A stretch of DNA of 45,063 nt. Source: an uncultured Gammaproteobacteria bacterium (GTDB taxonomy: Bacteria; Patescibacteriota; Patescibacteriia; UBA9629). The notes below the pieces were generated by a model. It saw nothing but the letters and a program-made list of their open reading frames with translations. It was not told the origin of the DNA and searched no databases. The translations under genes were made by a program, and so were the position numbers. The stretch lies in contig CAYYGX010000001.1 in NCBI GenBank assembly GCA_964471805.1, forward strand, positions 5,954 to 51,016, written 5' to 3'. Positions 16,271-23,430 of this stretch are shown here, piece by piece (positions within the stretch are counted from its first letter, which is position 1; each line of letters starts with the position of its first letter).

Positions 16271-17309
16271 ACCGCAGTTTTTCCTGAAGCGTTTTTATGA
16301 CAGCTTCTATCTCTCCATTCATAATCCGCTCAATCTGGCCCCAACTTTCTTTGATGCGGTGGTCGGTTACGCGATCTTGCGGGAAATTATATGTGCGGAT
16401 TTTTTCTGAACGATCTCCGGTGCCTATTTGTCCGCGCCGCGCGGCATCGTGTTCCTGTTTCTGCCGTTCGGTCTCTTGCGCCAAAAGGCGCGATTTCAAA
16501 ATAGTAAAAGCTCGTTCTTTATTTTGAAGTTGAGACCTCTCATCCTGGCATGACACGACAAGCCCGGTTTTAAGATGCGTGATCCGCACAGCTGAATCGG
16601 TTGTATTCACTGATTGTCCTCCGTGTCCGCTTGAGCGAAACACGTCTATTCGCACGTCCTCCGGCTTGATTTCCACTTCAAGATCTTCAGCTTTTGGTAG
16701 CACTGCGACTGTTGCTGTTGATGTATGAATTCTCCCTGATTTTTCTGTTTCCGGTATTCGCTGAACTCTATGCACGCCGCTTTCGTATTTTAATTTTGAA
16801 TACGCGTTCTCGCCCTGAATTTCAAAAATAATCTCCTTAAATCCTCCTATCCCGATGCGGTTCTCGGAAAGAGTTTTTACGCGCCAGCCCTTATCTTCCG
16901 CATATCGCGCATACATCCGGAATAAATCCGCGGAAAAAAGCGAGGACTCGTCTCCTCCAGCGGCCGCGCGAATTTCCACAATAATATCGCGTTTATCAAG
17001 CGGATCTTTCGGTTCCAGTTCTTCCAATCTACATTTGACGCTCGTAATTTGACTTTTTAGATTTTTAATTTCCTCCTCCGCGAGCTCGCGCAATTCCAGA
17101 TCTTCAGCAGATCGCTCCGTTTCCTCTGCCTGCGCGAGATGATGATTCAGCATGGCGAGTTCTTTAGTATGCGCTATTTTCTTTTTTAGATCATTATATT
17201 CAATTGTTAGCGCGCGCAATCGCGAGGAATCGCGCAAAATTTCCGGCTTTTGTATGTCAGCTTCAAGCTCATTTTGACGAATTGTAAGCTCGGTAATATC
17301 GTATTCCAT
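16269..17309 (-). CDS. prfA: peptide chain release factor 1
   Basis: GGQSVN (GGQ) and [22 protein letters not shown] (RF1-type tripeptide region, not SPF). Confidence 0.95.
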   Translation of the reverse strand: MEYDITELTIRQNELEADIQKPEILRDSSRLRALTIEYNDLKKKIAHTKELAMLNHHLAQAEETERSAEDLELRELAEEEIKNLKSQITSVKCRLEELEPKDPLDKRDIIVEIRAAAGGDESSLFSADLFRMYARYAEDKGWRVKTLSENRIGIGGFKEIIFEIQGENAYSKLKYESGVHRVQRIPETEKSGRIHTSTATVAVLPKAEDLEVEIKPEDVRIDVFRSSGHGGQSVNTTDSAVRITHLKTGLVVSCQDERSQLQNKERAFTILKSRLLAQETERQKQEHDAARRGQIGTGDRSEKIRTYNFPQDRVTDHRIKESWGQIERIMNGEIEAVIKTLQEKLR

Positions 17310-17340
17310 TCCAAGCTATACTACCATTGCGGAAGTGAAC

Positions 17341-17369
17341 TTGACAAGGTTTTGCTCTTTTGCTACATT
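17341..17369 (+). promoter_or_regulatory. sigma70-like promoter of hrcA-grpE
   Basis: TTGACA (17341-17346), 17-nt spacer, TACATT (17364-17369). Confidence 0.5.
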
Positions 17370-17394
17370 AGCAGACAAAGAGTTTGACTGCTAA
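17368..17394 (+). promoter_or_regulatory. CIRCE-like HrcA operator
   Basis: TTAGCAGAC-N9-GACTGCTAA against consensus TTAGCACTC-N9-GAGTGCTAA. It overlaps the -10 box and lies 20 nt before the hrcA ATG. Confidence 0.65.
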
Positions 17395-17413
17395 TTTTAA
17401 TGGACTAATATCT

Positions 17414-18109
17414 ATGCTGACTGACCGCCAGAGAACACTGTTAAACGCGCTAATGAATCAATATATTAAAACAGGAGAACCGATCGGTTCGGAACTCCTA
17501 GTAGAGGAGTGCAATCTTTCTGTTTCCTCCGCAACTGTAAGGAATGAAATGCTCGCGCTCGATACCCTCGGGTATCTTGAAAAACTTCATACATCGTCCG
17601 GCAGAGTTCCAACTGAAAAGGCGTATTCCTATTATGTCGCGGAGTATGCGAAAAACCAAGTGCTAAACGCCAGATACAAAGAACGCTTATCGCAACTCAT
17701 TCCAATTTCAAAACATCTAAGCTCGCGCGAAATCGTAAAAGACGTTTCACGAAACATCGCGGATATCGCGCATGAATTTATACTCACGGCTTTTGCGGAT
17801 AATGATTTTTACTACACGGGATTATCGCATCTTTTTACAAAACCGGAATACGGAGAAGCGGAGAGAATAAGAAATTTATCTGAAATCATTGATGCATTTG
17901 ACGCGACGCTAAAAGAACTATACCGCACCATTCCTGAAGAAACACATACGTTTATAGGGTCAAAAAATCCTATTGATAAAAGTTCCAGCTTAATCACAGT
18001 CCGCATCGGCGCGAACGGCCCTATTCTTGCGCTTCTTGGGCCTATGCGAATGCGGTATGATGTTAATATAGCTCTTTTAAGATATTGCCAGTCCTTATTG
18101 GCAGATTAA
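17414..18109 (+). CDS. hrcA: heat-inducible transcription repressor HrcA (short form)
   Basis: MLTDRQRTLLNALMNQYIKTGEPIGSE...SSATVRNEM..L...GYLEKLHTSSGRVPT. Confidence 0.9.
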   Translation: MLTDRQRTLLNALMNQYIKTGEPIGSELLVEECNLSVSSATVRNEMLALDTLGYLEKLHTSSGRVPTEKAYSYYVAEYAKNQVLNARYKERLSQLIPISKHLSSREIVKDVSRNIADIAHEFILTAFADNDFYYTGLSHLFTKPEYGEAERIRNLSEIIDAFDATLKELYRTIPEETHTFIGSKNPIDKSSSLITVRIGANGPILALLGPMRMRYDVNIALLRYCQSLLAD

Positions 18110-18147
18110 GCCAGCCAAAGGCTGGTCCGCCACTGGCGGAAATTAAG
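18105..18147. repeat. 31-nt double-hairpin element flanked by ATTAAG direct repeats (hrcA-grpE spacer)
   Basis: ATTAAG / CCAGCCaaaGGCTGGTCCGCCactGGCGGAa / ATTAAG. Same element as 1623-1656. Confidence 0.7.
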
Positions 18148-18163
18148 AATCGCACTGGAGAGT

Positions 18164-18655
18164 ATGGAAAACAATTCCTTACAACAACAAACAGCGCAAA
18201 CGCAATCTAAAGAAATCGCGGAACTGCAAAAAAAATGCGGCGAGTATCTCGCTGGCTGGCAGAGGGCAAAAGCCGATTACAGCAATCGCGAAAAAGATAT
18301 CGCGCGCGAAAAAACGGAGTTTGTGAAATTCGGAAATGCGGCGTTGATTCTTGAGCTCATTCCGATTTTTGATAATTTTCGCGAGGCCATGATGCACGTT
18401 CCAAACCAACGCAAAACAGACGAGTGGGTTATGGGAATAGAACTCGTGAAAAAACAGATCAGCGATTTTCTCAAAAATTTTGGCGCGGAGCCGTACGGAA
18501 AAGAAGGAGACGCGTTTGATCCGAATATCTTTGAAGCGCTGGATGAGACAGACTTAGAAGAGGATAAAAAAGGAAAAATTGTGAAGGTTGTGCGGATGGG
18601 ATACAAGCTCCACGGCCGGGTAATCCGCCCGGGCCAAGTGATCGTTGGCAAATAA
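18164..18655 (+). CDS. grpE: nucleotide exchange factor GrpE
   Basis: Coiled-coil N-terminal part with ..WQRAKADYSNREKD.. and a C-terminal beta domain ..MGYKLHGRVIRPGQV.V. Confidence 0.9.
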   Translation: MENNSLQQQTAQTQSKEIAELQKKCGEYLAGWQRAKADYSNREKDIAREKTEFVKFGNAALILELIPIFDNFREAMMHVPNQRKTDEWVMGIELVKKQISDFLKNFGAEPYGKEGDAFDPNIFEALDETDLEEDKKGKIVKVVRMGYKLHGRVIRPGQVIVGK

Positions 18656-18738
18656 ATTAAATTTTAATTAAGAGCAAGTTGCGGGCTTAATAAATTTTTA
18701 TTATTAAGCGCTGTACTTTGTCTCTGAAACTTACGCAT

Positions 18739-19164
18739 ATGTCTCTTATAAAATGGCAACCGGTGTTTGATGTTTTTGAAGACATTGACGGTTTTTTCGC
18801 AAGCGGAGGCCCTCGCCGCGCAATCTCGCGAACATTCGCTCCGTCCATAAATATTCGCCAGACCGACGATAGTGTGGTTGTGGAAACTCCGCTTCCAGGC
18901 ATTGATCCTTCAAAGGTTGACATCACAATTGAAAACGATGTCTTGACGATTGAGGGCCGCGATGAAAAGAAAAGCGAAGTGGAAGAGCATGATTATTCCC
19001 GCCGAGAGTGGACAATGCAATCGTTTCACCGCTCCGTGGCGTTACCAGTTGCAGTGCGCTCCGACGACGCGCAGGCATCCTACCAAAACGGCGTTTTAAC
19101 GGTTACGATTCCCAAACGCGAAGAAGCAAAAGCAAAGAAGGTGACTGTGAAGGTGATGGAGTAG
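18739..19164 (+). CDS. Hsp20/alpha-crystallin family small heat-shock protein
   Basis: ..PSINIRQTDDSVVVETPLPGIDPSKVDITIENDVLTIEG..F.RSVALP..V....A.Y.NGVLTVTIPK. ATG 18739 (track ORF starts at TTG 18718). Confidence 0.9.
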   Translation: MSLIKWQPVFDVFEDIDGFFASGGPRRAISRTFAPSINIRQTDDSVVVETPLPGIDPSKVDITIENDVLTIEGRDEKKSEVEEHDYSRREWTMQSFHRSVALPVAVRSDDAQASYQNGVLTVTIPKREEAKAKKVTVKVME

Positions 19165-19261
19165 AGGGGATTGTCAAACTTACCAAAGATATTTCAATAA
19201 CTAATCAGTTATAGCGCTGTACGGCAAATATGCTTTATAGCGCTGTAACTTTAACGCTACA

Positions 19262-21199
19262 ATGTCAAAAATTTTAGGCATTGACCTTGGCACCACGAAT
19301 TCCTGCATGGCAATTATGGAGGGCGGGGAGCCAAAGGTTCTGGAAAATAAAGAAGGGCAACGCACAACTCCGTCGATTGTTGCGATTTCAAAATCAGGCG
19401 AGAGGATTGTCGGAGTCGCGGCAAAACGGCAATCGGTTACAAATCCGCAAAATACTCTGTATTCGGTGAAGCGGCTTATCGGACGGCGTTTTGATGATTC
19501 GGAAGTTCAGCGTTCTATAAAAACGCTTCCATATGAAATTCGCAAACGCGGCGAAGGAGTTGAGGTGAAAATGGGCGACAAGTGGTATACGCCGCAGGAA
19601 ATTTCCGCGATGATTTTGGTAAAACTGAAAAACGACGCTGAAGAAAAGACAGGAGAAAAAATTAGAGAAGCCATCATCACATGCCCCGCGTATTTTGACG
19701 ACTCGCAGAGAAAAGCCACAAAAGAAGCAGGGGAAATCGCCGGGCTTAACGTTCGCAGGGTTATAAACGAACCCACAGCCGCGGCGCTCGCTTACGGTTT
19801 TGACAAAAAGAAAGACGAAAAAATCGCGGTGTACGATTTGGGCGGCGGCACTTTTGACATTTCTATATTAGAAGTTTCTTCTGACACAGTTGAAGTGAAA
19901 GCCACAAACGGCGACACGCACCTTGGCGGAGACGATTTTGATCAGATACTCATGGAATGGATTGCCGACGAATTTAAGAAAGATCATGGCATTGATTTAA
20001 GACAGGATAAGCTCGCGCTTCAGCGCATTAAAGAGGCGGCGGAAAAAGCGAAGATTGAACTCTCAACGCAGATGGAGGTTGAAATCAACCAGCCGTTTAT
20101 CACAAGCGGCGCTGAAGGGCCAAAGCATCTTCTCTTAAAACTCACGCGCGCGAATCTAGAACAGCTTGTCGGGCACATAGTTCAAAAAACTCTTGGGCCA
20201 GTGAAAAAGGCGCTTGCGGACGCAAAACTTTCCCCAAAAGATATGAACGAAGTGGTGATGGTTGGAGGGATGACTCGTATGCCGCTTGTTTTTGAGACAG
20301 TGGAAAAATTTTTCGGCAAAAAACCGCACCTTGGCGTGAATCCGGACGAAGTTGTTGCGGTCGGAGCCGCGGTGCAGGCCGGCGTTTTACAAGGGGACGT
20401 TAAGGATGTATTACTACTTGATGTAACGCCGCTTACTTTGGGAATTGAAACATTGGGTGGAGTCCGTACACCGCTTATTGAACGAAACACAACGATTCCA
20501 ACCGCAAAGTCGCAGATATTTTCAACAGCCGGAGACAGCCAGACGTCAGTTGAGATCCATGTTTTGCAAGGCGAGCGTGAGATGGCTGGAGATAACAAAA
20601 CGCTCGGTAAGTTTATTTTGGGCGGCATTCCTCCAGCTCCCCGCGGCGTGCCGCAAGTTGAAGTAACCTTTGACATAGACGCAAATGGGATTTTGCATGT
20701 AACGGCAAAAGACAAGGCAACCGGAAAAGAACAGAAAATCACGATTACCGGTTCAACAGGGCTTTCAAAAGATGAAATTGAGCGCATGAAGCGCGACGCG
20801 GAATTGCACGCTGATGAGGATAAGAAAAAGAAAGAATTGATTCAGGAGCGCAACACTGCAGAGAGCTTGGCGTACACGGCCGAGAAAACCGTGAAAGACG
20901 CTGGCGATAAAATAAGCTCGGATGAGAAAAATGAAGTGGAAGATCATGTGAAAAAAGTGCGGGATACTTTAAGCGGAGACGACGCTGGCGCAATTAAACA
21001 AAGCGCCGAGACATTAGGCCAAGTTTTGCAAAAAATTGGAGCAAAGATGTACCAAGCCGGACAAACAACCGGCGAGGAATCCGGGGCGCAAGCAAACGCC
21101 AGTGAAAACTCTGACCAAGTCGCGCCGAGCGAGAATAAAAAAGACAATGTCGTTGAAGGGGAGTATGAGGAAGTGAAGGACGAGAAGAAGAGTGGGTAG
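19262..21199 (+). CDS. dnaK: molecular chaperone DnaK
   Basis: [27 protein letters not shown] and the rest of a full-length Hsp70. Confidence 0.98.
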   Translation: MSKILGIDLGTTNSCMAIMEGGEPKVLENKEGQRTTPSIVAISKSGERIVGVAAKRQSVTNPQNTLYSVKRLIGRRFDDSEVQRSIKTLPYEIRKRGEGVEVKMGDKWYTPQEISAMILVKLKNDAEEKTGEKIREAIITCPAYFDDSQRKATKEAGEIAGLNVRRVINEPTAAALAYGFDKKKDEKIAVYDLGGGTFDISILEVSSDTVEVKATNGDTHLGGDDFDQILMEWIADEFKKDHGIDLRQDKLALQRIKEAAEKAKIELSTQMEVEINQPFITSGAEGPKHLLLKLTRANLEQLVGHIVQKTLGPVKKALADAKLSPKDMNEVVMVGGMTRMPLVFETVEKFFGKKPHLGVNPDEVVAVGAAVQAGVLQGDVKDVLLLDVTPLTLGIETLGGVRTPLIERNTTIPTAKSQIFSTAGDSQTSVEIHVLQGEREMAGDNKTLGKFILGGIPPAPRGVPQVEVTFDIDANGILHVTAKDKATGKEQKITITGSTGLSKDEIERMKRDAELHADEDKKKKELIQERNTAESLAYTAEKTVKDAGDKISSDEKNEVEDHVKKVRDTLSGDDAGAIKQSAETLGQVLQKIGAKMYQAGQTTGEESGAQANASENSDQVAPSENKKDNVVEGEYEEVKDEKKSG

Positions 21200-21204
21200 T
21201 GAGT

Positions 21205-21669
21205 ATGGCTAAAAAGCAGACAATGTATTTGGAGACATCGGTTATTTCCGCGTACTTTGATTTTTGGAAAGGAAATCCTTCGCAAAAGCGTTATACTCGG
21301 CAGTTTTGGAAAGAAGTTTTGCCGCATCATCGTGTGTATATTTCCGATATTTGCCTGCAAGAGTTAAGTCAGGCGCAAGAAGAGTGGTATAGAAATTATT
21401 TGGGCATAGTGCGCGATTTTGAGATTATTGCTACCTCAAAGACCGTGAATGATTTAGCGAGAAAATATGTCAGCGCTGGGATTATTCCAAACAATAAACT
21501 CAATGACGCGAATCATTTAGCGATTGCGTCGCTTGCGAAAATGGATTTTCTTGTTTCGTGGAATCAGGAGCATATTGTTCGTCCGCATAAGATACATCAG
21601 GTAATCGCTTTTCATAGGAGTCAGAATATTCATATTCCAACTATCGTAAAACCCAGTGATTTTTTATGA
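21205..21669 (+). CDS. PIN-domain protein (VapC-like toxin family with ..DA.HLA.A....DFLVSWN..HI motif)
   Basis: MYLETSVISAYFD (first acidic strand), ..CLQEL.., NDANHLAIASLAKMDFLVSWNQEHI. Confidence 0.7.
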   Translation: MAKKQTMYLETSVISAYFDFWKGNPSQKRYTRQFWKEVLPHHRVYISDICLQELSQAQEEWYRNYLGIVRDFEIIATSKTVNDLARKYVSAGIIPNNKLNDANHLAIASLAKMDFLVSWNQEHIVRPHKIHQVIAFHRSQNIHIPTIVKPSDFL

Positions 21670-21902
21670 GAAAAGAACCTTACTTTATGCAACAATTACA
21701 TAAGCAGAGAGAGAGAGAGGCGCGTATTTTTTTGAGGCGTTTTAAGGGAGATTTCAATACTTATTGGCAATGGACTATGGGACGTTTAGAGAAAGGTTTA
21801 AAAGAACAAGGGTACCGCGTAGAGAGCGGTAAGCGCGGGATTGGTCGTATCGTTAAAGAGCGAACTACGCTGGGGAAAAAGATGAAGGCGCCTAAAAAGT
21901 AA
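21666..21902 (+). CDS. small basic hypothetical protein, translationally coupled to the PIN gene (candidate partner)
   Basis: ATGA overlap with the PIN gene. 78 aa, K/R-rich. No family recognised. Confidence 0.45.
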   Translation: MRKEPYFMQQLHKQREREARIFLRRFKGDFNTYWQWTMGRLEKGLKEQGYRVESGKRGIGRIVKERTTLGKKMKAPKK

Positions 21903-21905
21903 AAG

Positions 21906-21971
21906 AAAAAAAGCTCCTTTCGCGCGTCATCACTTTCTCTGGTTGATGAATGCGCTACTTGGAGCTTTTTT
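21906..21971. terminator. long bidirectional terminator-like stem-loop
   Basis: AAAAAAAGCTCC (21906-21917) pairs with GGAGCTTTTTT (21961-21971). Inner stem GCGCGTCATCA / TGATGAatGCGC. Lies between the + strand PIN-associated gene and the minus-strand small peptide gene. Confidence 0.55.
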
Positions 21972-21979
21972 GTGAGGGC

Positions 21980-22060
21980 TTACCCTTCTCCCAGGAGAAG
22001 GAGCCAACTCACAAAGAATATGAGTGCCACGATCAGCACTGATACGATGATTTCTAACAT
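21980..22060 (-). CDS. 26-aa hydrophobic peptide MLEIIVSVLIVALIFFVSWLLLLGEG (candidate small membrane protein or type I toxin)
   Basis: Below the ORF-track size cut-off. AAAGGAGGTGA Shine-Dalgarno, with GGAGG 9 nt before ATG 22060. Single TM-length hydrophobic core. Hairpin plus U-tract upstream and terminator-like stem downstream. Confidence 0.5.
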   Translation of the reverse strand: MLEIIVSVLIVALIFFVSWLLLLGEG

Positions 22061-22284
22061 ATTTTCTCACCTCCTTTGTGAGAAAAAACCGGCCGGGTTT
22101 GGAATTTGCGCTATGCAGACCCAGCCGGTTCCAGAGAACAAAACATTTTACCACTTCTTCTTCTTCTTCTTGTCAAGTGATATATTGGCAAAACGTTTTT
22201 GGCTCCTCGCCTCCGCCCACTGCCAGCTCGATGTCGCCAAAAATTTTTTGCCAATATAGGAAGAAGAGTGAAGGCGCATGCACT

Positions 22285-23430
22285 TTGGCAAAAGATTATT
22301 ACAATATATTAGCCGTCTCAAAAAACTCCTCGCAAGAGGAGATTAAAAAAGCTTTCAGAACCCTTGCTCATCAATATCATCCTGATAAAAAAAGCGGCAA
22401 TGAAACCAAGTTCAAGGAACTGAACGAGGCGTATCAGGTTTTAAGCGATCCGGAAAAACGAAAAAAATACGACGAATTTGGAGCGAGTTTTGAGCAGATG
22501 GGCGGATGGGGAGCCGCAACCGGCGGCGCTTCATGGGAGGATGTGATGAGCGCGTTTCGTCAGGGCGGCGCGCGCGCGGGCGGTAATTTCGGAGGCAATG
22601 AGTTTGCCGGATTTTCTTTTGATCTTGGCGATATTTTCAGCGAATTTTTCGGAGGCCGCGCGTCTTCTTCTAGCATGAGCGGCGCTAGTCGCTCGCGTTC
22701 ATCTCGCGGAAGGGACATTGAGATCGCAATTGAGATTGAATTTTTAGAAGCCGTAACCGGCGCGGAACGCACGCTTGAATTGAAAAAGTTTGACAAGTGC
22801 TCGCACTGCAAGGGCAATCGCGCAGAGCCAGGAACTCCTCTTATTACATGCAAGGAATGCGGGGGTAGAGGAGAGATTTCGCAAACGCGGCAAACAATTC
22901 TCGGAGTTATGCGCACAAGCGGGCAGTGCGGAAAATGCGGCGGCGAAGGCGTATTTCCGAAACTTAACTGCAAGCACTGCAACGGAGACGGCATGGAACG
23001 CGTTGCAAAAAAAATCAAAGTGAGGATTCCGGCCGGCATTCAAAACGGCGAGGCCATTCGCATAAGCGGCGAAGGCGAGATTTCGGAGAACGCGATGCGC
23101 TACGGGGATTTATATGTCGGCGTCCGCATTCGCTCGCATCATAAATTTGAGAGAGACGGCGACAACATTCACTCAAGCGAACTCATAACATTTACGCAAG
23201 CCGCGCTTGGCGATAAAATTCGCGTGGACACGGCGCACGGAAAAGTTGAGATGAAGATTCCTGTAGGGACTGCTTCCGGCACAATATTCAAATTAAAACA
23301 CAAGGGCGCGCCACGTTTGCGGGGCGGAGGAGATGGAGATCATTATGTTACAGTAAAAATTATTGTTCCTGAACGAGTGAGCGCAAAAGCGAAAAAATTA
23401 TTGCAGGAGTTGAAAGAGGAGGGATTATGA
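22285..23430 (+). CDS. dnaJ: molecular chaperone DnaJ (TTG start)
   Basis: (M)AKDYYNILAVSKNSSQEEIKKAFRTLAHQYHPDK J-domain, G/F-rich region and four CxxCxGxG zinc-finger repeats. No ATG precedes the J-domain in frame, so TTG 22285 is taken as the start. The upstream part of the track ORF (22078-22284) is non-coding leader. Confidence 0.92.
   Translation: MAKDYYNILAVSKNSSQEEIKKAFRTLAHQYHPDKKSGNETKFKELNEAYQVLSDPEKRKKYDEFGASFEQMGGWGAATGGASWEDVMSAFRQGGARAGGNFGGNEFAGFSFDLGDIFSEFFGGRASSSSMSGASRSRSSRGRDIEIAIEIEFLEAVTGAERTLELKKFDKCSHCKGNRAEPGTPLITCKECGGRGEISQTRQTILGVMRTSGQCGKCGGEGVFPKLNCKHCNGDGMERVAKKIKVRIPAGIQNGEAIRISGEGEISENAMRYGDLYVGVRIRSHHKFERDGDNIHSSELITFTQAALGDKIRVDTAHGKVEMKIPVGTASGTIFKLKHKGAPRLRGGGDGDHYVTVKIIVPERVSAKAKKLLQELKEEGL

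Noticed and set aside
16269-17309. Stop-codon reassignment (UGA recoding, as in some CPR lineages)
   Set aside because: Conserved genes read through without in-frame TGA. Several genes end in TGA, including ATGA overlaps. RF1 is present, and nothing in the window suggests an alternative code (RF2 is simply not in the window).
20182-21360. Long minus-strand ORFs (201 aa, 138 aa and others) antisense to dnaK
   Set aside because: They lie fully inside an unambiguous Hsp70 gene, are Ser/Pro/Cys-rich and have no recognisable motif. This is typical shadow-ORF composition.
22211-22226. Similarity of CTCCGCCCACTGCCAG to CTCCGCCCGCCACTGCCAT at 32537-32555
   Set aside because: The second site encodes the conserved PduL motif EISARHCHL. 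The resemblance is short and most likely coincidental.
22078-22284. 69-codon N-terminal extension of dnaJ in the ORF track
   Set aside because: It is low-complexity with no DnaJ similarity and is occupied by hairpins and the (CTT)6 tract. The J-domain starts exactly at TTG 22285.
22560-23043. Minus-strand ORFs of 159 and 99 aa antisense to dnaJ
   Set aside because: They are shadow ORFs in the GC-richer Gly/Cys-repeat region of dnaJ.
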